A DNA stretch of 61,460 nt. Source: a virus (lineage: Duplodnaviria > Caudoviricetes). Location: positions 1 to 61,460 of IMG/VR virus record IMGVR_UViG_3300025674_000039. The stretch is one strand, 5' to 3'. Numbering within the stretch: position 1 is the stretch's first letter; every line of letters begins with the position of its first letter. A model generated the notes under the pieces. That model was not told the origin of the DNA. It ran no database searches and saw only the letters and a program-made list of their open reading frames with translations. A program made the position numbers and the translations under genes. Positions 7,536 to 16,836 of this stretch are shown piece by piece.

Positions 7536-8215
7536 TGTTTACACATGTTGATTTGATCCTCCCTCGTCTTTCGAGGGAAACTATAGATGGTGTTCGATAT
7601 TATTCTGTCCCTGACGAAGAAGAACTTCTCAAACTGGTCTCGATTACATCGGTGACCAGTCATTTTAATAAGGAAATTTTTGAGAAGTGGCGCAAAAAAG
7701 TTGGAGAAGAGAAAGCAAATAAGATTACCAAAGCTGCCACCGGTCGTGGCACCGACATGCACACCTTGGTAGAGCATCATCTTAAGAATGAGGATCTTCC
7801 TAGTGTTCGACCAATATCTGAGTTTTTGTTCAAGATTTGTAAAGGAGAATTAAATAATATAAATAATATACATGCTCTCGAAGGGTCTCTGTATAGCAAA
7901 GCATTGGGAATTGCAGGGACAGTCGATTGTATCGCTGAGTATAACGGCGAGTTAGCGATAATCGATTTTAAGACATCTAAGAAACCGAAACCGCGAGAGT
8001 GGATCGATCACTACTTCGTTCAGTGTGCTGCTTATGCTTGTATGCTGTTTGAACTGACTGATATTCCGGTCAAAAAATTTGTAATCATCATGGCATGTGA
8101 AAATGGAGAATGCGTCGTTTATGAAGAATATGACAAAGCAAAGTACATCAAACTTCTCACCAAATATATTGGAAAGTTTGTTAGAGATAAACTGGAACTC
8201 TATGGAACCAAATAA
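7535..8215 (+). CDS. PD-(D/E)XK exonuclease
   Basis: SITSV, RGTDMH, IAGTVDCI...IIDFKTS, YFVQCAAYA. Confidence 0.9.
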   Translation: MFTHVDLILPRLSRETIDGVRYYSVPDEEELLKLVSITSVTSHFNKEIFEKWRKKVGEEKANKITKAATGRGTDMHTLVEHHLKNEDLPSVRPISEFLFKICKGELNNINNIHALEGSLYSKALGIAGTVDCIAEYNGELAIIDFKTSKKPKPREWIDHYFVQCAAYACMLFELTDIPVKKFVIIMACENGECVVYEEYDKAKYIKLLTKYIGKFVRDKLELYGTK

Positions 8216-8462
8216 AGAGCTAGAAAAAGCAATAGAAAGTAAATTTCTAAGTCCAGCAAAATTCGCACTGGAGATCGAAAAGATCGTCATCGAAGAAAAA
8301 GTCAATTACATTGATGCAATTATTCACTATTGTGAAATCAATGAACTTGAGATAGAATCGATTACGAAACTTGTATCGAAACCTTTGAAGGAACGATTGA
8401 AGTGGGACGCGATACGTCTTAACTTCATGAAGAAAACTTCAAGGGCAAAACTTCCTCTATGA
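8202..8462 (+). CDS. gp33: late transcription co-activator gp33
   Basis: FALEIEKIV...NYIDAIIHYCE...LVSKPLKERLKWDA..LNFMK; synteny with gp59 and gp32. Confidence 0.85.
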   Translation: MEPNKELEKAIESKFLSPAKFALEIEKIVIEEKVNYIDAIIHYCEINELEIESITKLVSKPLKERLKWDAIRLNFMKKTSRAKLPL

Positions 8463-8689
8463 ATTCAGTTTCCCGTGATGAATTGATGCACCAACGCCTT
8501 CAGGCGTGGTTGCGTGAGTATAAGTGTGATGACCTCAAGTATCTTGGTTTTCACGAAGATATCTATGGAGTTGCAAAGCATTGGTATTCCATTGCTGGCA
8601 ATGAGGTCTCAGTTGATTGTATTGAAGATTTTGATCCTGAAGATTTTGATCCTGAAGATTTAGAGCCTGATGAAAGTGACTCCCTTTGA
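8459..8689 (+). CDS. hypothetical acidic protein
   Basis: 76-aa ORF overlapping both gp33 and gp59. Confidence 0.65.
   Translation: MNSVSRDELMHQRLQAWLREYKCDDLKYLGFHEDIYGVAKHWYSIAGNEVSVDCIEDFDPEDFDPEDLEPDESDSL
8624..8668 (+). repeat. 15-bp tandem repeat x3 (EDFDP)
   Basis: GAAGATTTTGATCCT x2 plus GAAGATTTAGAGCCT. Confidence 0.85.
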
Positions 8690-9269
8690 AACCTATCAAC
8701 ATTATTTGTCTCTCAAAAATCATTTTACAAATCCCAAATACGACTTCTTCAAATACGGAGCCAAAACCAGAGCAAGTTTGGCGTCATTTAACAAACGACG
8801 CGATAAATATTGGTTCGAGAAAACTTCCCGTAAGTATTCCGATAAAGAAATTGTTCAGTTTTTGGTATCCAATTTTGCAGCATCAGACAACCCCCAAAAC
8901 CTATGGATTGGAGAAATTATAAATTCTGGCGAAAGGAACTACGCCGACTGGATGAGACGACAGCAGAGTTTGAAGTATCACTTCAAAGAACAATCGAAGA
9001 AATTACTATCCGAAAACGGGTTGGAGAATGTCTTCAAATGTACGAAGAAACACCCAATCATCCTGAAAAAGTTTCTAGGTGGAGAAGTATCTCTAGATAC
9101 GCTAGTAATCTACGAAAAAATCTTCCATTTTTCAAAAAACTACGATGAGAAACTAAAAGACGATCCTGTTTGGCCTCTTGTTAGTTTGAAGATTACAAAG
9201 TACAATCAGTTTCTAAATATTAACATATTTGAGTTCAAACATATTTTAAGAGAAATAGTAAATGAATAA
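8670..9269 (+). CDS. gp59: helicase loader gp59
   Basis: YLSLKNHF...YDFFKY...SFNKRRDKYWF. Confidence 0.92.
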   Translation: MKVTPFETYQHYLSLKNHFTNPKYDFFKYGAKTRASLASFNKRRDKYWFEKTSRKYSDKEIVQFLVSNFAASDNPQNLWIGEIINSGERNYADWMRRQQSLKYHFKEQSKKLLSENGLENVFKCTKKHPIILKKFLGGEVSLDTLVIYEKIFHFSKNYDEKLKDDPVWPLVSLKITKYNQFLNINIFEFKHILREIVNE

Positions 9270-9591
9270 TTTCTTCGACTCCGATATAGTTCAGAAGGAA
9301 CTAGACGATATCAATCAACTTCAAGAAGATATATGTGGAAGCATCATGTCTTTCGGTGCCATGGATATCGATACAAAACTGGAGCACGTAGAAAAACTGC
9401 AAGTTCTTCTTGAAAAGCAGAGAGTAATGTATACTCGTTTATCCTTGTCTGATCATCCCAAAGCAGTTGAAATGAAGGAGAACCTTCAGAAATCTGTTGT
9501 CATGATGGGTTTCCCACCGCACACCGATATTCAGGTCCTCTTTAACACCATGGAAGAAACCATTGTTGAACTAAAGAGATACCTTGACTGA
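9262..9591 (+). CDS. conserved cyanobacterial/cyanophage protein (DUF1825-like)
   Basis: FFDSDIVQ...LLEKQRVMYTRLSLSDHP. Confidence 0.7.
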   Translation: MNNFFDSDIVQKELDDINQLQEDICGSIMSFGAMDIDTKLEHVEKLQVLLEKQRVMYTRLSLSDHPKAVEMKENLQKSVVMMGFPPHTDIQVLFNTMEETIVELKRYLD

Positions 9592-9601
9592 ACTCCAGGG
9601 C

Positions 9602-9630
9602 TTGACATCCCTTCGTAGGTCTCCTATGAT
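9602..9630 (+). promoter_or_regulatory. sigma70-type promoter for gp32
   Basis: TTGACA-17-TATGAT. Confidence 0.85.
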
Positions 9631-9675
9631 AAAGAGGTCGCACAACCGACATCCAACACAATCCCCCGAAATCTA

Positions 9676-10611
9676 ATGTCATTCGCAGATCTTAAAAAGC
9701 AATCCAAACTCGGATCTCTGACCGCCAAACTGGTCAAAGAAGTCGAGAAAATGAATTCCACTGGACAAGGTGGCGACGAACGCCTCTGGAAACTGGAGTG
9801 TGATAAGAGCGGTAATGGTTATGCCGTTATTCGTTTTCTCCCATCTCCTGAAGGTGAAGATCTTCCTTTCGTTAAACTGTACTCTCACGCCTTCCAGGGT
9901 CCTGGCGGTTGGTACATTGAGAACTCTCTGACCACTATGGGTCATAAAGATCCTGTGTCTGAATATAACTCGATGCTGTGGAACAACGGCACCGATGCAG
10001 GTAAAGATCAGGCACGTAAGCAAAAGCGTAAACTGACCTACATTGCAAACATCTATGTGGTCAAGGATCCCGCAAACCCTGAGAACGAAGGTCGCGTTTT
10101 CCTGTATAAGTTTGGCAAGAAAATCTTTGACAAACTGACTGAAGCAATGCAACCCGAGTTCGAGGACGAGGAAGCAATCGATCCGTTCGACTTCTGGCAA
10201 GGTGCTAACTTCAAACTGAAGGCAAAGAACGTTGCTGGTTATCGTAACTACGACTCTTCCGAGTTTGCACGCACCTCTGCTCTCCTGGACGACGATGACG
10301 CCATGGAAGCAGTGTGGAAGCGTCAGTATCCTCTGGCAGAACTCGTTGCAGAGGATCAGTTCAAAACCTATGATGAACTGAAGACCCGTCTTGATTATGT
10401 TCTCGGTATCAAGGGAACTCCTAAGATGCAAGATCAAGAGAGCATTCAGGAAGAAGAAGAGTTCCGTCAGGCAAATCGTGGCACTGGAACTTCCAGCACT
10501 GGAGGATTCAATGATCCCGACATCACCCTCTCCAGTTCAACCGAAACTGATGACGATGATGAAATGTCAGATGAACTGAAGAACTTGTTCGCACGACTCT
10601 CTGACGAGTGA
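9676..10611 (+). CDS. gp32: single-stranded DNA-binding protein gp32
   Basis: DERLWK, GNGYAVIRFLP, WYIENSLTT, FGKKIFDK, GANFKLK, NYDSSEF; acidic tail. Confidence 0.97.
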   Translation: MSFADLKKQSKLGSLTAKLVKEVEKMNSTGQGGDERLWKLECDKSGNGYAVIRFLPSPEGEDLPFVKLYSHAFQGPGGWYIENSLTTMGHKDPVSEYNSMLWNNGTDAGKDQARKQKRKLTYIANIYVVKDPANPENEGRVFLYKFGKKIFDKLTEAMQPEFEDEEAIDPFDFWQGANFKLKAKNVAGYRNYDSSEFARTSALLDDDDAMEAVWKRQYPLAELVAEDQFKTYDELKTRLDYVLGIKGTPKMQDQESIQEEEEFRQANRGTGTSSTGGFNDPDITLSSSTETDDDDEMSDELKNLFARLSDE

Positions 10612-10617
10612 TACAAG

Positions 10618-10645
10618 AAAGGGAGGTCCAAGACCTCCCTTTTTT
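10618..10645. terminator. bidirectional terminator between convergent gp32 and gp53
   Basis: AAAGGGAGGTC-CAA-GACCTCCCTTT plus T run. Confidence 0.85.
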
Positions 10646-11345
10646 ATTTGCCTATTACTCTAGTGTTTTCAGTTCGTATTAAGAACTGATCGATAAACTC
10701 AGATGATTCTGAGTATTCAAGTTCTCTACTCATGTCCAGCAGTGCCTGTTGGACATATTGTGGTCTAAGTAAGTAAATGTTTCTCTTCTTTTCATTCTTA
10801 CGATACTCATAATCAAAGTTTGTAACAGCGTTTGTTATTTGTGTCACATAAACTTCGATATTAGGATCTAGTTCCCCTGGATCATCGTTAGTGTAAATTT
10901 GATTGCCTACTGAGTAATTCAATTTAAAATTTTCATCAACAACTTTCCCCGCAGGGAGAATCAATCTATCTTCAGAATCTCTTACCTCTACAGTTTCATA
11001 ATGATGAATAGCATTGAGATTCTGATCCGATCCGTATAAATCTAGGCAATAATTGTAAAGTTCGTAATCAGAAAGTGGCCATTGATCTCTATAGTTTGTT
11101 ATTCCTGCACAGATCAAAACTAAGAAGTCATATCCTTCAAAACCATAAAATTCTTCTGCAACAGTATCTGGTCTTGCACCATCAGGGATCTGATATTTAT
11201 TGAAGAGAGTTATTGCATTTTGAAGATCATCTCTCAGTTTCATCCTCTTGAATAGGTTTTTGACAACCAAATATTCAGATGATGATTTTGAATCTGAAAG
11301 AAATGATTGGTACTCTATATTTGGAACTCTGGAAAAATATGACAT
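10644..11345 (-). CDS. gp53: baseplate wedge protein gp53
   Basis: MSYFSRVPN, KNLFKR, RPDTVAEEFYG, QWPLS, HHYET, NEKKRNIYLL. Confidence 0.88.
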   Translation of the reverse strand: MSYFSRVPNIEYQSFLSDSKSSSEYLVVKNLFKRMKLRDDLQNAITLFNKYQIPDGARPDTVAEEFYGFEGYDFLVLICAGITNYRDQWPLSDYELYNYCLDLYGSDQNLNAIHHYETVEVRDSEDRLILPAGKVVDENFKLNYSVGNQIYTNDDPGELDPNIEVYVTQITNAVTNFDYEYRKNEKKRNIYLLRPQYVQQALLDMSRELEYSESSEFIDQFLIRTENTRVIGK

Positions 11346-12337
11346 CAGAATCCAACTCCTTTTTTGTTGCTTTCGAAGTATTCAAGTTGATCTTCAGCAA
11401 AGATTGGTGATAGTTCTTGGAACTGAAGAGATAATTTCATGTGAACTGGTGTACCATCTGCATAAGTTGAATGTTGTCCAGATCCAGTATAATCTACACT
11501 CATCTGTGTTAAAGCACATAACTTGAACTTATGTAGAAATGGATGTTCTTTGTTGCCCATCCTATACTCTAGTTTGAATACATCAGGTGCCTGAACAAAT
11601 AGTCCTCCTCTTGTACCCGTATCACGTCGTGTTTGTCCACTCTCTCCAGGTACGGCAGAATTTTTTGGTGCCATATGATACTTAAATGTTCTGATAATAC
11701 TTTTAATCCTATCTGATTCTTCTTTACTTCTTGGAGTTAGGTCAAATGTAAATTGAAATGCTGGTCTAACTTGGATTCCATTAAATAAGAATTCTGTATT
11801 TTGATTAAATACCTGACCAGTTGATCTTGAGGTAAATTGATTGATTCCAGCTTGACCAAATAAAGCATTAGTGACGAGAGCTGCAGTTGTCCCTCCCACA
11901 CTTTTCGGATCCTTAAATTGTTCTCCTACAGAGTTAAGAGCATTTCCTGCACTCTCAAATAAACTTTTGAACATATTATTAGACATTGCTCCTTCAAAAC
12001 TGCTTCCAGCTATAACAGCTGCCAGAGGATTCATATTTCCTGCAGTCCATTCTGCTCCGTTGTTGTCTTGAATTTTATCAGGTATTGGGAGAATGATAGT
12101 CTGTATCTGCTTTATAGTTCCATTTTTTTCATCAATTACATCTTGAGCATCTCTTGCATTATTAGAAGAACCAAATGCAAATGAACTACCTCTACCTCCA
12201 ACGGATTCTAATCCTGGAGGTATATAATTTACAACTCTAATATAGAGGTAATCATCTAATCTATCACCATTCTTTCCGTCCCCATAATATTTTAGGGGAT
12301 ACCTCAACAGTGCTTTTGTATTTTTCTTCTTAGCCAT
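11345..12337 (-). CDS. gp48: baseplate tail-tube cap gp48
   Basis: NQNTEFLFNG, FQFTFDLTPRS.EES..I..II..FK, CALTQMSVDYT, LQFQELSPI. Confidence 0.88.
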   Translation of the reverse strand: MAKKKNTKALLRYPLKYYGDGKNGDRLDDYLYIRVVNYIPPGLESVGGRGSSFAFGSSNNARDAQDVIDEKNGTIKQIQTIILPIPDKIQDNNGAEWTAGNMNPLAAVIAGSSFEGAMSNNMFKSLFESAGNALNSVGEQFKDPKSVGGTTAALVTNALFGQAGINQFTSRSTGQVFNQNTEFLFNGIQVRPAFQFTFDLTPRSKEESDRIKSIIRTFKYHMAPKNSAVPGESGQTRRDTGTRGGLFVQAPDVFKLEYRMGNKEHPFLHKFKLCALTQMSVDYTGSGQHSTYADGTPVHMKLSLQFQELSPIFAEDQLEYFESNKKGVGF

Positions 12338-12369
12338 GCACGGACTAACCTTTTAGAAGTATTTATGAA

Positions 12370-12999
12370 CTAAAGTTGAATTTTTCTTGCGTATGGTATT
12401 GATTTAAGAGTTTGTAACTCAAGATAACTTATTTCATAAATTGGACTCTGAACTCGTTCACCAGGATATTCATTCTTATATTGCCTATTCATTGGCCAGT
12501 GATAGTTATATCCAACGAAACTATTCTCATTGATTGCCACGCATGTAATCAATGGATGTCTATCGTATTTTATTCCTGGCGTTGCCGCATAATATATGTA
12601 TGTATAATGTCTTCCTGGTAAAACCTGATCAACTTCGGTTCCTTCTGCTAAGCTAAGTATTTCATCCATCAACTCTTCAGGTTTCTCAGTTCCTTTCAAA
12701 CCTGCCCTAAGTTCAAAGAATCTATTTTCAACTGTATCAACATCATCTTCAATATCAAAAGGATCGTAATCAGTATCACCGCTTCTTTGTAGATCTTTCC
12801 TTTGAGCATTCTTGTAGTCACGATCATTTCTGATCAAACTAATTAACTGGTGCTTTGTCAACCTGTCATAGTTTGCCGTACTACCTCTACCTTTAGCGGT
12901 CTTGTAGTAGAGAGTGTATTTTTTGGCAAGTTCAACTAATTCTTCTTTAGTGTAGTCATTTAAAGAATTTCTCTCAAACCCAGTTAATTCTTCGTCCAT
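12370..12999 (-). CDS. gp2: DNA end protector gp2-like protein with N-terminal extension
   Basis: YTYIYYAAT...YDRHPL...GYNYHW; sits between gp48 and gp4. Confidence 0.6.
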   Translation of the reverse strand: MDEELTGFERNSLNDYTKEELVELAKKYTLYYKTAKGRGSTANYDRLTKHQLISLIRNDRDYKNAQRKDLQRSGDTDYDPFDIEDDVDTVENRFFELRAGLKGTEKPEELMDEILSLAEGTEVDQVLPGRHYTYIYYAATPGIKYDRHPLITCVAINENSFVGYNYHWPMNRQYKNEYPGERVQSPIYEISYLELQTLKSIPYARKIQL

Positions 13000-13000
13000 T

Positions 13001-13441
13001 TTAGTATCTGATGTTTAGATCTTCTTCAGTTAGTATTCTGAATTCATAACCACGATCAGCACACCACTCTTTTGCAACTGCCCACTTAGATTGATTCTTG
13101 GCATACTCCTTTGCCTCAAAAATATACCCCTTGGTTATATTATTTGGTTTCTTGGGAGCGCGGCACTGTCTCTTGGGTTTTATTTCAACGACATAGTTTA
13201 TGATTTTTCCAGAACTGGTCTGTTCTTTGACCATGAAATCTGGGAAGTATTTGTGAATTCTTCCATCAATAGGTGATCTGTAAGGGATGAAGAATTCTTC
13301 ACTGGACCATAGTAGAATATTTTCATTAGTATCTAAGTATTTCATGTACTTTCTTTCCCATAAAGATCTATAGATGATGTTTGATGGGTTTCCGCTATAT
13401 TTGTTTGGATAAGAGGGTTTGTACTTTCCTTTGTAAGCCAT
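13001..13441 (-). CDS. gp4: head completion nuclease gp4
   Basis: YKGKYKP, IYRSLWER, WSSEE, YFPDF, VEIKP, NQSKW, ILTE. Confidence 0.95.
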   Translation of the reverse strand: MAYKGKYKPSYPNKYSGNPSNIIYRSLWERKYMKYLDTNENILLWSSEEFFIPYRSPIDGRIHKYFPDFMVKEQTSSGKIINYVVEIKPKRQCRAPKKPNNITKGYIFEAKEYAKNQSKWAVAKEWCADRGYEFRILTEEDLNIRY

Positions 13442-13481
13442 CTAAATACTTATACTAAAAGTGTTCAATATAGGTATTTAG
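13442..13481. promoter_or_regulatory. pair of oppositely oriented late promoters
   Basis: CTAAATA on + (13442-13448) and CTAAATA on - (13475-13481) between divergent structural operons. Confidence 0.7.
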
Positions 13482-13482
13482 T

Positions 13483-14283
13483 GTGGCAGAGTTCAATGTA
13501 CCACAACCAAAAAAGATATTTGAGTTCAGAGACAAGATAACAAATCTTGCACAAACCTCATTTTACTATGTTCAATTTGGTGGTCTTGGTTCTCTGGCAA
13601 GTGGTTCTAGATTAAAACAATATTTGCGATCCAGAGGGATAGATGATAATTATATTAATGAAATAGGTCTTTTGTGTAGTAGTGCTGTACTTCCTACAAC
13701 GCAGTTAGCAACTGCTGAAGTCAATAGTAACTATATGGGAATTACCCAGACATTTGCACATAGAAGACAATTCCAGGATGTTACTTTAGAGTTTTACGTA
13801 GATAAAACTTATAAATCTCTGAAGTTCTTTGAATATTGGATGGACTTTATTGCTGGAGGATCTCATATTGAATATAGGTATCCTCAATTTGGAGAATTGC
13901 CTGCAATTGATAAGAATCAATCAGGAGATGATTATTTTATTAGAATGAATTATCCTGATGATTATAAATCCAATTGCACTCACATAGTTAAATTTGAGAG
14001 GGATCATAATTCAGTTCATTCTATAGTGTACAATTTTTATGGAATGTATCCTTATAATATCGCATCTATTCCAGTGAGTTATGGTGCATCAGAACTGTTG
14101 AAGATGTCTGTGTCATTTAAGATTGATCGATACACTGTTGTGAGAGCAAATGATTACGCTTGGGTAAATGATGCATCTAATGATAGAAAACCATATATTC
14201 TGGGTAAGGATCAATACTTTAATCTTCCAGTATTTTTAAGAGACATTGGTCAAACTATTATTGATGGAATTAAGTCACTTTGA
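13483..14283 (+). CDS. tail tube-like baseplate protein (gp54/gp19 family)
   Basis: GTG start; VTLEFYVD...KFFEYWMDFI, YP.NIASIPVSY...MSVSF. Confidence 0.75.
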   Translation: MAEFNVPQPKKIFEFRDKITNLAQTSFYYVQFGGLGSLASGSRLKQYLRSRGIDDNYINEIGLLCSSAVLPTTQLATAEVNSNYMGITQTFAHRRQFQDVTLEFYVDKTYKSLKFFEYWMDFIAGGSHIEYRYPQFGELPAIDKNQSGDDYFIRMNYPDDYKSNCTHIVKFERDHNSVHSIVYNFYGMYPYNIASIPVSYGASELLKMSVSFKIDRYTVVRANDYAWVNDASNDRKPYILGKDQYFNLPVFLRDIGQTIIDGIKSL

Positions 14284-14319
14284 CTTGATAAATAATTTTA
14301 TATGACTGAGTGAATAATC

Positions 14320-15045
14320 ATGCCATTACCATCTATTTCTGTTCCTACATATTCTCTTGAGATTCCATCTACTAACAAGAAGATTAAGTATAGACCTTTT
14401 CTTGTAAGAGAAGAGAAACTTCTAATCATCGCCAAAGAGAGTCAGGATCCTGAACAAGTTAATCAAGCAATTAAGGATGTCCTTCAGAATTGTATCCTGA
14501 CGAAGGGAGTTGATATTGAGAAACTGACTAGTTTTGATATTGAATATCTTTTCCTAAATGTTCGTGGTAAATCTGTAGGAGAAGAAGTCGAAGTTTTGAT
14601 TACTTGTCTTGATGATATGAAGACCCAGGTTCCTGTTGCTATCAATCTTGATGACATCAAAGTTGTGCAAAATGAAAGACACACACGCGACATTGAACTT
14701 GATGAGGCATTCAAGTTGAGGATGAAGTATCCATCACTCGAACAATTTGTCAAGCAAAATTATGATGTTGGACCTAAGCAGAGTGATCAGTTGGAATCTA
14801 CATTTGCTATGATTGCTGATTGTATTGAGCAAGTATATAATGATGAAGAATCTTTTAGTGCTGCTGATGAAGATCCAAAACACATTAGAGAGTGGATTGA
14901 GATGTTATCTCCGCAGCATCTTGAAAAAGTTAATGACTTCTTTGAGACCATGCCAAAACTATCTCATACTGTAGAAATTATTAATCCAAACACTGGAGTT
15001 AGAAATGATATTGTCCTTGAGGGTCTGAATAGTTTTTTAGCGTAG
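14320..15045 (+). CDS. gp26: baseplate hub assembly protein (gp26 family)
   Basis: MPLP..PTY.L, YRPFLVREEK.L, FDIEYLFLNVRGKSVGE, FFETMPKL; GATAAATA late promoter at 14287. Confidence 0.9.
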   Translation: MPLPSISVPTYSLEIPSTNKKIKYRPFLVREEKLLIIAKESQDPEQVNQAIKDVLQNCILTKGVDIEKLTSFDIEYLFLNVRGKSVGEEVEVLITCLDDMKTQVPVAINLDDIKVVQNERHTRDIELDEAFKLRMKYPSLEQFVKQNYDVGPKQSDQLESTFAMIADCIEQVYNDEESFSAADEDPKHIREWIEMLSPQHLEKVNDFFETMPKLSHTVEIINPNTGVRNDIVLEGLNSFLA

Positions 15046-15047
15046 GT

Positions 15048-15221
15048 ATGGCTCACGAAACTCTTGAGTCATACTACAAAACTAACTTTAGTTTGATTAA
15101 CCATCATAAATATTCATTAACTGAGATTGAAAATATGATCCCTTGGGAAAGGGAAGTTTATATTGGATTATTAAACATTCATATTGAAGAGGAAAACAAG
15201 AAGAATCAGCAGAATGGCTAG
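15048..15221 (+). CDS. gp51: short gp51-like hub assembly protein
   Basis: Hand translation MAHETLESYYKTNFSLINHHKYSLTEIENMIPWEREVYIGLL... (57 aa). Confidence 0.88.
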   Translation: MAHETLESYYKTNFSLINHHKYSLTEIENMIPWEREVYIGLLNIHIEEENKKNQQNG

Positions 15222-16836
15222 TTCAATGATACCAGATCCTTGGGATACTCCAAAACCTGTTAATCCAATTCCACAAAATAAAGGGATCCTAAGTCCTGAG
15301 ATGAAGAAGTTGGTTACAAACCAACAAAGTGTCAATGTCTCTGCCATTAGGAGTGATTTACTTCGTGTAGAAAGAAAAAGAGATGCGGTAGACGGGCAAA
15401 CAACCGCAGTAATTTCTCAGCAAAGTGGTGTTCTTGAAAACTTCAATAAGAATATTATTGCTCTTAGAGTTGATGTTAATAAACTGGGTACAGGGTTGGA
15501 TGGTATATCACGACTTATCTTCCAACAGAATCAATTAGAAGTTGATAGAATACGTAAAGAGCAAGAAGAATTAAGATTATCTGCGGAGAGATCAACCAGA
15601 AGTGGAAGAGAGAACGCTATCGAGCAGCGTGTTAATAATGCTCTTCTTGTACCAGTACAGGCAATAACTCCAAAGTTAACATCTTTATTTGATAGGATTA
15701 AGCAAGCACTTGCTATTTTGTTTGGTGGTTGGTTAACTAATCAACTTATAGAATTACTTCAAGCAAACCAAGAAGATAATGTTGAGGGTGTTAAAAAGAT
15801 AAGTGAGAATATTCAAAAAAATATACTAAAATTAATTGGTGGTCTGGTTGCTGTTGGAGCAGGGTTTAAAATTTTAAAAGGAGTAATAGGTAATACTGCA
15901 AGAGGATTAACAAGTCTTTTTATTTCACGACCTATTGCTGCTGCAACAAGAGGATTGGGAAGAGCACTAAACAATCCTAGATTGGCAAATACAAGAGCAC
16001 CAAAACCAAACTTTAGACCAACAGGCTTGACTGGATTAAGTAAGGTTATGGCAGCATTAGATGTCTTTCTCAACCTTAGAAACGGAGAATTCACTGATGC
16101 TAGTATAGCTGCTCTTGCTGTAAAGGCACCAAATCGAGTTGTAAGAACAATGGCAGGTGCTGGATTTATTGCCGATCAAATTGCTGAAATGTTTGGATTG
16201 AATTTATTTGGTAAAAACCCTAACGAAGAAGTTGAGGGTAGACCAAATGAAACATTCCTCAAGAATATTGTAACAGAAACTCAGATACTTAAAGAGGAAG
16301 AACAAAAAAATAATTCACAAACTTCTTCAGAACCACAGGAACCACAACCTGAATCATCTACTGGAGCAGCAGTTGAACCTCAAGAAACAAAAGTAACAGA
16401 AATATCCTCTGCAGACATAGTTCAACCACAAGAAACAATAACTGGACAACCTGTAAACCAACCAGAGCAACAACAATCTCCTGCACCTGTGGCGCAACCT
16501 ATGGAGACAATTACTGGGCAACCTACAGTATCTCCACAAGAAACGGAGCAGGTTGAAGTAGCAGAAGCTATGTCTCCTGGAAGTCCAGAACCTTCAGTAC
16601 AATCTCCTGCGAAGGTTGAGATATCACCTGTTGCTATGACTCCTCAAAGAGTTGGTGAAGTTCCTGCTGCAAGACCAGAGGTTGCATTAATAAGAACATC
16701 TTCTCCTGCTCAAGGACCACAGACAAGACCTCCAGTTAGTGAAGGTGAATTGAATCCAGTTCCTAAGATTGGTTCATCTAATCCTGATAATTTCCATAGA
16801 TTATATTCTGAACTCGTTTATAACGTAGTAGTATAA
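15214..16836 (+). CDS. tape-measure/baseplate hub-like protein (coiled-coil plus P/Q/E-rich tail)
   Basis: Helical N-terminal half, low-complexity C-terminus; follows gp51. Confidence 0.55.
   Translation: MASSMIPDPWDTPKPVNPIPQNKGILSPEMKKLVTNQQSVNVSAIRSDLLRVERKRDAVDGQTTAVISQQSGVLENFNKNIIALRVDVNKLGTGLDGISRLIFQQNQLEVDRIRKEQEELRLSAERSTRSGRENAIEQRVNNALLVPVQAITPKLTSLFDRIKQALAILFGGWLTNQLIELLQANQEDNVEGVKKISENIQKNILKLIGGLVAVGAGFKILKGVIGNTARGLTSLFISRPIAAATRGLGRALNNPRLANTRAPKPNFRPTGLTGLSKVMAALDVFLNLRNGEFTDASIAALAVKAPNRVVRTMAGAGFIADQIAEMFGLNLFGKNPNEEVEGRPNETFLKNIVTETQILKEEEQKNNSQTSSEPQEPQPESSTGAAVEPQETKVTEISSADIVQPQETITGQPVNQPEQQQSPAPVAQPMETITGQPTVSPQETEQVEVAEAMSPGSPEPSVQSPAKVEISPVAMTPQRVGEVPAARPEVALIRTSSPAQGPQTRPPVSEGELNPVPKIGSSNPDNFHRLYSELVYNVVV

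Noticed and set aside
9679-10437. 252-aa antisense ORF opposite gp32
   Set aside because: Mirror of a strongly codon-biased gene; no motif or expression signals
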